A stretch of 62,971 bases of DNA, counting the filler, from Welwitschia mirabilis (Eukaryota), in NCBI GenBank assembly GCA_051453625.1. It is 5 parts of one record of this genome, joined end to end, with 100 filler letters (N's around TTAATTAATTAA, not from the genome) between each part and the next. Parts side by side here need not be neighbours in the genome. Positions count along the whole stretch, not along the records: positions 32,075 to 48,532 come from JBOZIK010000001.1; positions 48,633 to 57,445 come from JBOZIK010000001.1; 3 more parts are not named here. One strand, written 5' to 3'. Below are positions 37,260 to 50,425 of the stretch, in pieces. The notes below the pieces were generated by a model. It searched no databases. It saw only the letters and a list, made by a program, of their open reading frames with translations, and was not told where the DNA came from. The translations under genes and the position numbers were made by a program. Each line of letters begins with the position of its first letter. Within the stretch, counting starts at the first letter, position 1.

Positions 37260-38148
37260 CATCCTATAGCTCCTATTTCACATTCTTCAACTCATTTGTT
37301 AGTTTACCAATCTTGGTCGTAAGGGACAAATTCTTGCTTGTAAACTTCAAACAAGAGTTATGTTCTTGTTTATAAGCTAACCCACAGTTGTTGAGCACTT
37401 TCTTCATTTTATGCATTATTTTTGTGAGTTGATATACTCTTTTCAAATTAGATCATACCTTTCTTGAAGAGTTAACTCACCTTGCTCTTCACTGAGAGTG
37501 TCAAGATCTTCATAGGTTTCAAAGTTGCTACCATCATTGTTGGATACATCATGGATAACGATCATGAATGAGGGATTTGTGTCTTGATCATCTTAATTTA
37601 AGACTTCCTCCTCAGTGACATCTTCATCTTTATCCCAGCCAGAAAAGAAGCTTTTCTTTTTACTGTCTTCTATTAGCACTTGGGCATTCTGAGGCAAGAT
37701 GAACCCTAACCCACAAATCCAACATTCCAAATTTGAAAAATCATTTTCGTAAGCAAATTGAGAGTTCTTACTTTTGAAAAATCATTTTTGTAAGCAAATT
37801 GAGAGTTCTTACTTTTGTTCTTACTTTTTTCTTGCAGCCCAAATGATCTATGATGCTTTTCTCTTTGTCTATTTCTTCTAGAAATAAAATATTTGACCTA
37901 CTTGGAGATGAAAGCAAGTTCATCATTAATGTCATTTTGAGATTCATCACCATCTAAGGCAACTGTAGATTTTTGTTTGCTATGTTGTTTTCAACTATCA
38001 GTGGCATTGAGTGATATGAGCTTCTCTATGACAAACCCATCTTCAATCAGGTTCATCTACTAGGAGGTTAAAGCACTCTGGAGTTTTTCAAACTTCATGG
38101 TCACAAAAGTTCTAGATTCTTTGATGTCAATGGTTTTAGGCTTATATG
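37260..38148 (-). mobile_element. Degenerate copia (Sirevirus-like) gag, left part of the host of the 38149-48021 insertion
   Basis: Joining across the insertion gives minus-strand ...QKVVRSLTLAYKPKTIDIKESR..., homologous to gag VRKILRSLPKRFQPNITSIEESK at about 40020. A Zn-knuckle remnant lies near 37690-37730. Confidence 0.7.
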
Positions 38149-41100
38149 TGTAGATTAAGAATTTTAATGATGCCATTGTAATGAGATTGATAGAACGTTC
38201 TCGATGTGTGCATGACAAACATGCTCACTACCTTTTTTTAAGACTAGCGAGTGGATGATCTAAAGCTAGCAAACATTTGTCTGGTTAAGTTGATTTTAAT
38301 GGTAGACATCCCTGCTTCATTTTAGTTATCAAGTTATATCAATTCCTCAGACATCCTCACTTAATAAAGCCCGGACGTCCCCACTAGTCGCAATTGAATT
38401 GTATGGGAGTGACTTGTTAACAAGTGTAGACGTCCCCACTTAAGTAGGTTACATGTCCCCACTCTTTGCAGAAAATTTATATGATTCTGTCTTGGTAACA
38501 GATGCAGATATCCCCACTCAAAGAGCCTAGATCTCCCTACTCCTCTCTGCCTTTTTGTATGAGGGATTGTACCATTGACAGGTGTGGGTGTCCCCACTTA
38601 AACTATCCTAGATGTCCCCCCTCTTGTCAGCTGTATTATACGAGGGACTGCACCTCTGACAAGTGCAGACATCCCCACTTTTTAAGGGCAAACATCCCCA
38701 CCATTAGAAGTGCGGACGTCCCCACTTATTAAGGGCAGACATTGCTTCCCCCCCCCCCCTTCCCTCCTCCCTTGCAAGTGCAAACATTCTCACCCTCTTA
38801 GGGTGGACGTCCCCACTTCTAGACCATTGTAAAATTGTCGTTTCTAATGGAACTCGCTATGGCTTCAACATTCATATTTTGGCACAATATTTCAGACTAA
38901 TTCGGAGAAGGATATTTCTTAGGGCTAGGCCTAGATTGGCAGCGAAATAAATGAGATCTGAAATTAAGATCTCTTAGACTTACCAGTCTATTTTCTTCCA
39001 ATAGTTATCTGTTGTTCTCTATAAAAGAAAGAAAGATCCTCATTTCTTATTAATGCTCTTTTATTAATAGTGACCCTACCTTGGATATCATCCATTGAAG
39101 CAACCAACATTTGGAGATTTATCCCTGTAGCAATCTTCTTGTGAGATCTATACTTAAGACACTCTATTTCTTAATTTTCTAATTGTGGTTGAGTCTAAAC
39201 CAAGGAAAGACTCTGTGTTGTAAAAGCCTTAATGATCAACCATAAATCATCAGTTGAAGAGATTGAAAGGAACTAGGGTAGGAGAATCATTTATCTCTCC
39301 CTAAGAAGTGGAGTAGGTAGATTGCTGAACCACTATAAAAATTCTTGTGTGCTGATTGTTTCTTCTTTGCATTGCTTCTCTTTGATAAATTATCATTCAT
39401 ACAAAGTAGATTAAAGCAGTTGAGGGCTCAAATAGTCTTATCAAATTTATATTGGCAAACCTATTCACCCTAGGAATTTTAATTGGTATCAAAGCGAGAT
39501 TACTCTTGATAGAGTTCTACCATTCTAAGTTGATCAAATGGGACCAAATTTCAATGAAAGTCACCCAATCTCAGGACTCCCTTTCTTTAATGGATCCAAC
39601 TACTCATTTTGGAAAACAAAAATGATCATTTTTCTGAAATTCCTTGATGTGAATATTTGGGATAGTGTGGTATGTGGATATTCAGAACCTGTTATTCCTT
39701 TGATAGGTTGGATTGATGAACAGCGAGAGGAAGCAAGACTCAATGCTAAAGCAATGAATGCACTCATATGTGCACTCATCCTTGAAGAATACAGTCTGAT
39801 AGTAAAGTGCTCATCAGCAAAAGAAATCTAGGACACTCTTGAAATTGCACATGAAGGTACGAGCATAGTTAAAAATTCTAAATTACAATGCCTAACCATT
39901 CAATTTGAAAATATTAAGATGGAAAAGTGAGAACCTATTACTGAGTATACAATCAAAATAACTGACATTGTAAACACAATGAGGGGACTTGGTAAAAAGG
40001 TTCTTGAAAGAAGGGTTGTAAGGAAAATCTTGAGAAGTTTGCCCAAACGTTTTCAACCAAATATCACTAGCATAGAGGAAAGCAAAAATCCAGATGCTAT
40101 GAGCTTGGAAGAGCTTAAAGGATCTCTACTTACTTATAAGGCTACTGTTCTGGAAGAGGAAACACCTAAAGCCAAAAATATTGCTTTGAAATGTTCTAGT
40201 CAAGGCAAAGAAGGTTCAAGTGATGAAGAAGATGATGAGGATCTAGCCTTGCTAGCTAGGAACTTCAGAAAATTTTTGAGAAAGTAAAAAGAGTCTAGGA
40301 GATCAAGACCAAATACAAGTGAAGATCAGGTGGAAAGGAGAAACAACTATAGAAGCACAAACAGAAACAAGAAACCTTTGCGATGCTTTTAGTGCAAAGG
40401 ATTTGGACACACTGCTACTAAATGTGCCAACACTAGGAAAGTGAAAAGCAAAGGAAAAAAGGCCCTAAAGGCCACATGGGAGGATGAAGAAGAATCTGAA
40501 TCAGACACCTCCCNNNNNNNNNNNNNNNNNNNNNNNNNNNNNNNNNNNNNNNNNNNNNNNNNNNNNNNNNNNNNNNNNNNNNNNNNNNNNNNNNNNNNNN
40601 NNNNNNNNNNNNNTTTCAACCAAAGATCACTGCCATAAAGGAAAGCAAAAATTCTGATGCCATGAGCTTTGAAGAGCTTGAAGGATCTCTAATTGCTTAC
40701 GAAGCTACTATTCTGAAAGAGAAAACACCTAGAGCCAAAAGTATAGCTTTGAAATGTTTTATTCAAGGCAAAGAAGGTTCAAGTAATGAAGAAAATGATG
40801 AGGATCTAGCCTTGTTAGCTAGGAACTCTAGAAAATTCTTAAGAAAGCTAAAAGAGTCTAGGAGATCAAGACCAAGTACAAGGGAAGATCAGATAAAAAA
40901 GAGAAACAACTACAAAAGCACCAACAGAAACAAGAAACCTTTGCAATGCTTTGAGTGCAAAGGATTTAGACACATTGCTGCTAAATGTGTAAACACAAGG
41001 AAAGTGAAAAGCAAAGGAAAGAAGGCGCTAGAGGCCACATATGAGGATGAAGAAGAATATAAATCAAACACCTCCAAAAATGAAGAAGAGGATTGTGGGC

Positions 41101-44100
41101 TATTGGCAATTGTTGAAGAACATGCTTTTTATTGCTACCACAAAAGACAAACAAGTGATCATAGATGATGAGAAGGTAAATCTTGAATCATCTGAAAGCA
41201 TTAAAGATGCATATGAACAATTGAACTTCTACTATGAAGCTTTAGCATGTAAAAACAATGCTTTAAAACTTGAAATATATTCTTTACAATCTAAAGTTGA
41301 TCTAGTCAATCAAGTGTTGGATAGGACTATTGAAAACCTTGTAGGGGCAAACAAAACAATTTGAAACTTGACAAGAGATCTATAGGTTGCAAGAGATCTT
41401 AGGTCGTTCTCAAACATTCTCTGAAATAAGGTAAACTTTGGTCAAAGAAGGTATACATTCAATCACCCTGTATCAAAAGCTTTGAATGTTTATTGTTTCT
41501 GTGGTGGTGAATAGGACATATTCAATTTTCTTGTCCTATTAGAAAAGGGAATTTTTTTCGTTATAAGAATGACAAGTTTCTATGGAGACCAAATACAGTA
41601 AAAAATTAGCCAACTCTTAAACAAATAGAGATCAGAAAGGATTCAACCAAAGGTCTCTTTGCTCAAACTGCCCTGAAAGCAAAAGAACATCCAAAGCGGT
41701 TGTTCAAGGCATATGACAGGTTATAAAGGTCGCTTTCATACTCTTGTTGATTATGATGGGGGTGAGGTGTCTTTTGGAGATAACAAAAACGCAGCCATTA
41801 AAGGTAAAGGGATGGTAAAGGTAAAGGGATGGTATGAGAATACAATATATCCTAAATTGATAATGTCTTATATGCTGATGGCTTAAAGCATAATCTTCTT
41901 AGTATCGCTCAAATGTGTGATAAAGGTAACCTCAATGTTTTTGACAAAGACAAATGTGTTGTTAAAGAGTATTTCAAATAAGAAAGTTTAGTTAGTTGCC
42001 TATAGACTAGGAAATTTGTATTCTATTGGAGGAAAATCTCATGACGAAGAAATGTGTGGCTTCACTCAAGAAAGTGAAGAAAGCCTTTGGCATAGAAGAG
42101 TGGGGCACTCCAATGTTGCAGATCTAAGGACCATATCTCAAAGAGAATTGGTAAGAGGCTTGCCCAAACTCAGCTTGATGAATTTTGAATCATGCGAGCA
42201 TTGTTAGACAGCGAAAATGGCAAAGTCTTCGTTTAAACCAAAAATTGGTATCTCCACAAAGAACCATTAGACATGTTGCATTTAGATCTAGTAGGACCTA
42301 CAAAGGTAAGAAGCCTTCGAGGTAAGAAATACTTCATAATAGTTGATGATTTCACTAGATATACTTGGGTTGAATTCCTACATTCAAAATCTGATGTGCT
42401 TGATAAGTTTTGCAGACTTTGTAGGAAAATTCAAAACGGGAAAAAAATATGTCATAAAAGAATTAGATCTGATCATGGAGGTGAGTTTGATGATGAAAGT
42501 TTCATCAATTTTCTGTGATAACTATGGCATATTTCATTAATTTTCAGCTCCAATGAAGTGGCAGAATGAGAGAACAAAGTGTTAATAGACATAGCAAGAA
42601 CAATGCTTGGGGAGTACAATCTTCCAAGATGGTTATGGGTTGAAGCAGTAAGTACCAGTTGTTATATATCCAACAGAATTTTCCTGAGGTTTGGTACTCA
42701 TAACACTCCTTATGAACTTTGGAAAATGGTAAGAAACCTATGGTTAAATATTTTAAGGTTTTTGGAAGGAAATGCTGACAAAGATCCAAGCAAATTTCAT
42801 CCTAAAGTTATGCATGGTATATTTCTTAGCTATTCTCCAAAGAGTAAGGTCTGTAGAGTTTTTAACCATGAATCAAATAAAGTTGAAGAAACAATACATG
42901 TAAGAGTTTTAGAGACTAACAATGACAGCAAAATTGGCAAAGACAAAGAAGATGATATCATACAATCATGGACTGATGATGCTCCAAGTAGTTTCCAAGA
43001 TGTTTCAAACAAAGCCCTTGAAGAAGGAAACGATGAGAACCCCATGACTGTTGCTACACAAAAATGCAAAAATCTACCTCTCAGAACTAGAAGGGATCAT
43101 CCAATAGACCAAAGTATTAGAAATCTAGAATTTGGAATGAGCACCAGATGAGGTATGAGTAATGTTTGTGCACATTTCTGCTTTGTCTCTCACATTGAGC
43201 CTAGAAATATAGCTAAAGCAGAAAACATGAGCAATGGGTAGAAGCCATGCAAAAAGAATTAATGTAGTTCAAAAGGAATGGAGTCTAGGACTTGGTTCCA
43301 AAGCCAAAAGGTAAACACATTATTGGTACTAAATGGGTATTTAAAAATAAATAGGATGAGATAGGTACCATAGTGTAGAACAAGGCTCGCTTGGTGGCTC
43401 AAAGTTACAGTCAAAAGGAAGGAATAGACTACAGTGAGACCTATGCTCTGGTGGTTAGAGTAGAATCTATCAGACTCTTGTTAGCCTATGCTTGTGCCAT
43501 GAATATCAAGTTATTTCGAATGGATATGAAAAGCACCTTCCTCAATGGGTACATAGAAGAGGAAGTATTTATTAAACAACCACTAGGCTTTATTAATGCA
43601 AACTATTCTAAACATGTTTTTAAGCTCAAAAAGGCCTTGTATGGACTCAAACAAACTTCCAGAGCTTGGTATGAGAGGCTGTTAAAATTCTTAGTAAAGC
43701 ATGGGTTCAAATGTGGTAATGTGGATCCTACCTTGTTTATCAAAAAGAGTGACAATGACATTCTCATCCTTCAAATTTATGTTGATGATATAGTGTTTGG
43801 AGCAACTAATGAAAAGCTAATAGTGGATTTTTCAAAGTCCATGCAAAAGGAATTTGAGATGAACATGCTTGGAGAACTCAATTTTTTCTTAAGATTGTAG
43901 ATTAAGAAACTTGCAAATGGAATATTTCTAAGTCAATCAAAGTATATTAAAGAATTGTTGGCCAAGTATGAGCTTGACAATGCCAAAGAGGTAAATTAGT
44001 AGACTAGAGACTATATAAAGGCATGATTGGTAGCTTATTGTATTTAACTTCTGGTATGCCTGATATCGCCTTTAGCGTAGGTATTTGTGCTACGTATAAG

Positions 44101-47100
44101 TCTAATCCAAAAGAATCCCATCTTTCTATAGTCAAAAGAATATTTAGATATCTTAAGCATACAAGTAATTTTGGTATTCGGTTTCCATGTGATACTTTAC
44201 TTGATCTGGTTAGGTATAGTGATGCAGATTGGGTTGGATGTACTGATGATTGAAAGAGTACCAGTGGTGCTTGTTATTTTCTAGGAAATCGTCTAGTAGC
44301 ATGGAGCTCCAAGAAACAAAAGTTCTATGTCGTTGTCCACTGTAGAGGCTAAATATATATTAGCGGGAGCATGGTGCACACAATTGTTATGGATGATGCA
44401 TACTTTGTGTGATTATGGGATGGATATAAAGAGCAGCCAATTATTGTGTGATACTACCAATGCTATCAATATTGCAAAGAATCCTGTGCAACACTAACAT
44501 ATATTGATATAAGGCACCAATTGATCAGAGAACAAGTCTGACAAGGTATGATAAATTTGGACCATGTATCTATTGAAAAACAACTTATAGAGATGTTTGA
44601 CAAAGCACTATCAGAAGTAAGGTTTAAAACATTAAGGGTAGAGTTGGGCATAGGAACATGCCCAACCAAGTATGATTTCATTTCATCTATTCAGTAATAA
44701 CATTTGTGCATATTCCATCAAGTTTGAGTACATCTGAGCATAGTGTGAGTCCTTAAATCATGTTCATATTCTTGGGTTTTTAAGTGAGATCTTTGTTTTT
44801 AAATTTGTCTCTTTCTTCTTTACTTTTCATGCGGTCTATCTCTGTCAAGGGTCCAGACATCCACACTCCCAGGACCCCAGATGCCCCTAGCACTATGTCA
44901 TCTTTTTGAATCAAATGTAGGGCGGACATCTGCCCTCCAAAAGCCCAAACGCCTGCACACCTGAGTAGATGCAAAATCTTTTTTAAAAACCCTTTTCCGA
45001 AAGAAAAGGATAACCACCTATAAAAAGGACATTCCCCCTCCTCCTCCTCATTCTGTCTCTTTTAAGTTGAAGTCCAGAAGAAAGTCCTCTCTCTTTCATT
45101 CTCGTTTCCTCTCTTCTTTTGGTCTTCTTTACTTCTATTTTTCTTTCCTCTTCCATCATGCCAGAAGCAAAGATTCCAGTGTCAAGAAAAAACAGGTGCA
45201 AGGATAAGGAAGCAGAACCATTCTTTGTTTCTCCAAGAGCAAAGGCTATCTGGCCTCAAAGTTTCAACAAGAAGCCTCTCACTTCAGAAAGGGTAATCCT
45301 TCTTGATACTTTCAAGCATTATTTCAATCTTTTGCCAAGATTAGAAGAACTAAGCTAGACTTATATTCTAAATCCTCATCCTCATGCCCTAGTGAACCAT
45401 GTTCGTATGTTTTATTGTAATGGGTTATTTGAGTCTCAGCAAAATCATTTTGTTTCAAACTTGTATGGTATCAACATTGAAGTTAATCCTAAAATGATTT
45501 CTAGTGCTACTGGGTTTCCATTGGGAGGAAAAACGTATGTGCAGGTAACTTCAATTTTTGTTCTCGACCATGTTGTTTCCAAACAAGAACTCATAGACGT
45601 CCTTTGTGAAAAACATGAGGCTTGGAGAACAGCAATTCCAACTCATATTTTACGCTCAGTTTACAAAGTAGTCTTTAGAATTGTTTCTAGTAATCTTATT
45701 CCTAAGCTTGGGCATATGGATGAAATCTCTCCTCTATGTGCTTATATTATGTACTACAATCCATAAGCACTCAGGTTAATTTACTACAGTTAATTCTAGA
45801 AAACATAGCTTCTTATACTTCAATGGGTTCAGTAGCTCTACCTTATGGTGGGTTAATTACCAAGATGTGTCACGATCAGGCAGCTTTACCGAAAGTCAAG
45901 GACAAAATTCTCAAGCTGCCCAAACCATCTGATGAATCATCCTTGGTTCGAATGAAAATTATGGAAGGCTTAAACCCTCCACCTCCTTTTTCCCCTTCAT
46001 CCATGCAGTTCAAACATATGATATCTGGTGAATCCTCTTGTGGCTTATCTTCTACAAAAAAATGATTCAAGAGGATCTCTTCTCAACTTTCCAAAATCAA
46101 GCAGGCTTTCATGGAATTTGGTTTGGAAGTGGCTTCAACCTCTTCTAGCCGTCATGTGGATGATTTTGATTGATCTCTCTTTTAGTCCAACATCTATGCT
46201 CTTCTTTATCTTCCTTTCTCTCTTTGTGTGTTAGTCCGTGTTTCCTTTCTCGTCATTCTATCTGTTAGGTTCTATCAGTTAGTTTTATGCCTCTGCTCCT
46301 ATGTATGGCAAACAATGAACATTATGTAATCAAATTTTTGCTATAATTAATATAATTTCTAGTTATTTGCTAGATCTCGTTAATTGTTATGTGTGCATAT
46401 TTCTACTTTTTTTTCCCTACATATGCTTTTCATGGGTATTTGTGTTTATTTTTTCGTAGACAGGGTCAATGATGCCAAAAGGGGGAGAACACTCTACCAA
46501 AGTGTGCTTCCTAAGGGACATCAATTTCAGGGGGAGCAAATCTTAGTTTCAGTGGGAGATATATTATTGTTCTTTAGAATTGCACTTCTTAAGCAAATCT
46601 CAATTTCAAGGGGAGATTATCGTTTCTTAAAGTGCAAGAAGGCATGAAGTTTGTCATCATTCAAAAGGGGAAGACTGTGGATTAAGAATTTCAGTGGTAG
46701 CACTATAATGAGATTGATAGAATGTTTTCAACATGTGCATGTCAAACATGCTTACCACCTTTTTTCAAGACTAGCAAGTGGATGATCTAAAGCTAGCAAA
46801 CTTTTGTCTAGTTAAGTTGATTTTAATGGTGGATGTCCCCGCTTCATTTTAATTATCAAGTTATATTAGTTCCCTAGATGTCCTTACTTAATAAAGCCTG
46901 GACATCCCCACTAGTCACAGTCAAATTGTATAGGGGTGACTTGTTAATAGGTGTGGACATCCCCACTTAAGTAGCCCAGATGTCCCCACTCTTTAGAGAA
47001 AGTTTATATGGTTCTGTCCTATTAACAGGTGCGTATGTCCCCGCTCAGGGAGCCCAGACGTCCCCACTCCTCTCTGCCTTTTTGTACGAAGGACTACACC

Positions 47101-48021
47101 ACTGACAGATGCAGACGTCCCCACTCAAACTATCCCAGATGTTCCCCTCTCTTGTCGGTTGTATTGTATGAGGGACTGGACCTTTGACAGGTGCATACCA
47201 AGGGTGGACATTCCCACCATTAGAAGTGCGGACATCCCTGCTCATTAAGGCAGACGTTCCCTTCTATCCTGCAAGTGCAGACATTCCCACTCTTTTAAGG
47301 TGGACGTCCCCACTCCTAGACTATTATAAAATAATCGTTTCTGGTGGAACTCGCTGCAGCTTCAATAGTCATATTTTGGTGCAATCTTTAAGACAGATTC
47401 ACAGAAGGATATTTCCTAGGGCTAGGCCCAAATTGGCAATGAAATAAATGAGATCTGAAATCAAGATCTCTTGGACTTACCAGTCTCTTATCTTCCAACA
47501 ACTATCTATTGTTCTCTATAAAGGAAAGAAAGATCCTTATTTGTCGTTAATGCTCTTTTATTGATAGTGACCCTACTTTGGATATCATCCATTAAAGAAA
47601 CCAACATTTGGAGATTTATCCCTATAGCAATCATCTTGTGAGACCTATGGTTAGGGCACTCTGTTTCTTCCTTTTTTGATTGTGGTTGAGTCTAAGCCAA
47701 GAAAATACTATGTGTTGTACGAGGTTGATGATAAGCCTGAAATTATCTATGTTGTAAAAGGGTTGATGATCAACCATAAATCACCAGTTGAAGAGATTGA
47801 AAGGAACCAGGGAAGGAGAATCATATATCTCTCCCTAAAGAGTGGAGTAGTTAGATTGCCGAACCACTATAAAAATTCTTGTGTGCTGATTGTTTCTTCT
47901 TTGCATTGCTTCTCTTTGATAAATTATCATTCATGCGAAGTAGACTAAAGTAGTTAAGGTTTCAAATAATTTATCAAATTTTTATTAGCAAACCTATTCA
48001 CCCCATTTTAGGATTTTTTTA
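38149..48021 (+). mobile_element. Complete but pseudogenised Sirevirus (Ty1/copia SIRE-type) element with env-like ORF
   Basis: LTRs 38149-39481 and 46676-48021. TSD ATATG/GTATG (4/5). PBS TGGTATCAAAGC at 39484. gag from 39538 (FNGSNYSFWK, Zn knuckle), integrase (LHLDLVGP...IRSDHGGEF), RT (LKKALYGLKQ...QIYVDDIVFG), RNaseH (YSDADWVG), extra ORF about 45158-46170, and four PPT-like AGGGG(G)AG motifs at 46477-46675. Confidence 0.95.
45158..46170 (+). pseudogene. Sirevirus env-like extra ORF (disrupted)
   Basis: MPEAKIPVSRKNRCKDKEAEPFFVSP...HVRMFYCNG...LPYGGLITK is split by a stop at 45356-45358 and a frameshift near 45760. It lies between RNaseH and the PPTs and is homologous to ORFs starting at 2642(-) and 59344(-). 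Confidence 0.75.
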
Positions 48022-48026
48022 GTATG

Positions 48027-48420
48027 CTAAAGTAAGTGATCTCACTACTTTTTGGATCTCCTTTTTTTTAATAGATCACCACCTCTCCCACGGATTACAT
48101 TTACAATGTAACTTACTCTAGTAAAGTATTCATGAACCCTTTATCCATCATTCATTCTAAGGTTTTGAAATTGATTTGTCCAAATTAATACCTTAGATTG
48201 TTTAACTATGGAAGTACCTTTGTTAGTGCCTTCAAGAACATTCCATACTTCCTTTGCAGTACTGCAACTAGCAAACCTATTGAATTCTTCAAGAGAAAGG
48301 GTGCAATACAGCATATTCTTCGCATTAGAGTCATAAATGTTTACATGTTTCTCTACACTTAACCAATTTTACCTTGCCTTGGGTTTTGTGATGCACACAC
48401 TAGCTACATTTGTGGTAGTC
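48027..48420 (-). mobile_element. Degenerate gag N-terminal part (right part of the host element)
   Basis: Remnants resembling NAKNMLYCT...VWNVLEGTNKGTSIVKQSK, homologous to NAKAMNALIC...AHEGTSIVKNSK of the intact gag copies. Confidence 0.7.
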
Positions 48421-49749
48421 TCCATAGAAGTTGAGTATCCATCTTCTATTGATTGCTGTTACAAATCGAACAACAAGAAAGTACTTAAACAAGAATGGAA
48501 CAGCAGGCATACAAAAGAAAACAACACAGAATNNNNNNNNNNNNNNNNNNNNNNNNNNNNNNNNNNNNNNNNNNNNTTAATTAATTAANNNNNNNNNNNN
48601 NNNNNNNNNNNNNNNNNNNNNNNNNNNNNNNNCAACCTTAAATAGGGGTCAATGTTAAAATATAACATTTACAATATAAATAATATATTTGGCTTCACAT
48701 ATCAACACTCTCCCACACTTGAAACTCAAGAGATTGTAAGTATACCCAATTTCTCATCTTCTAATGGGCATAATTTGTCCCATTGAAGATTAGAGGTCTA
48801 GAAGTTAAGAACCCCTTCATAGCAGAATCACTCAAGGGTTTTACACATTTTTGTGAATACCTATTCTGATAGCACCTGTGGATTATAGAACTAAGAGGGG
48901 ACAAGTGAACAAGTTCTAAATAAAAACTACACTATAATTAAAAATTAATGACCAGCAAGAATTAGATGCATCGAAAAGAAAAATGAAAGTCTTAGTAGTT
49001 TAACATGGTTCCCTAACCTAGGTACTCCACACTCAAAGAGTTGAACCATGCACACCTCTGCATGTTTGTTGTGTATCGCAAATCTGTAATTTGTGGCTTA
49101 CTACTAACTTCAAAATGCTTAGTAGAAAGGAGTTGCTCCTTGCAAGGCAGCCAACTTAACCCCTCGAGGTTCAAACTCACAAAGCAAGCGCTTCTCTCAA
49201 GAACACACCTCAATGCTTGATATGGCGCACTAGCAATTTGGAATACCACTTGGGCCCAAAACACATGTAAGCCTCAAAGGCTAGAATGAAGTAAAAAAGA
49301 AATATGGAACTACATAGATTCTATGTAATTAAATGTCCACCTTTAGGTACATTCACAAAATGAAGGCAAGCTCAAAACTAAGAGAGAACCATAGCAAATA
49401 GAACTCATTTACTTCAAAAGAAGAGGTAAGATAATATCTTGTTTCTCCTTCCTTCTTCTTCATTATACAGCAGTGTTGAGATTCTTCTTTGAAGCAATGA
49501 AGCCTTTAAGCCAAATAGAAAAGAATCTCCAACTTTCAACCATAGTGCCTTTTAGCTTTTGTTCGTGATCTTTAGTTTTAGTTCCCTTCTTTCTTTATTT
49601 TATGCTTTTTCCTTGTTTTATTTTTAATTTAGTTTTTTCTAGTTGTTTTGATTTAGGGTTTGGTTCCTTCTTATATGCAACCAATTTGCTAAGCTTTGCT
49701 TAAAGGGCAGCATGCAAAATGATCAGATCCATGCCCTTCAATGGATATT

Positions 49750-50425
49750 TTAAGTTTTGTTTTTAACTCAGAGTAAATGTTTTCAAACTTTATAGACATC
49801 TTTAGATGTTGTAGATATCTTTACTAAGTGTAAATGTCTTCGATCTATAGTTATTCTATCAAGCTTCTGTGTTTAGCCAAAACATCTTCAACTTTAGCAG
49901 ATGTCTTCTAATCCTATGGATATCTTCACTAAGTGTAGATGTCTTCAACCCTTAGTTATCCTCTATTAAATCCTTGTGCTCAGCTGAGACATCTTCACTT
50001 TGGTAGGTGTCTTTTGTTCGGCTTCACTAAATCACTCAAGACGTCTATTAACCTATAGATGTCTAAAGGTTTTGTAGACATCTTGGAAAAATGTAGATGC
50101 CTTCTGATAAGTGTCATTAACTCACTTGAGACATGTTTTGCTCTATAGACATTTGGAGGCATGATAGATGTCTTCACTTTGTGTAGATGTCTCCGCTCTA
50201 AGGTCCTTGAAATACACCAGAAGAAGGTGTAAGCTTAACTTTGGACACTCACCAAATGTCTGGTAGATGTCTTCTATTTTGGTAGACGCCTCATATGTGG
50301 TTGATGTCTTTCATCTTTATAGACGTCTTCATTACGGTTGACTAAAATTTTAACTTCATCAACTTTGCACACACATGACATTAAATTTGACAAGTTTGGC
50401 ACATTAAAACTAGGTGGGGCAACAA
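49750..50425 (-). mobile_element. LTR-like segment with array of AGA(C/T)(A/G)TCT palindrome-derived motifs
   Basis: Many GTAGATGTCT / TAGACATCT / AGACGTCT motifs. The minus strand begins TGTTGCCCCACCTAGTTTTAATGTGCCAAAC at 50425. Possibly the 5' LTR of the gag host element. Confidence 0.55.
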
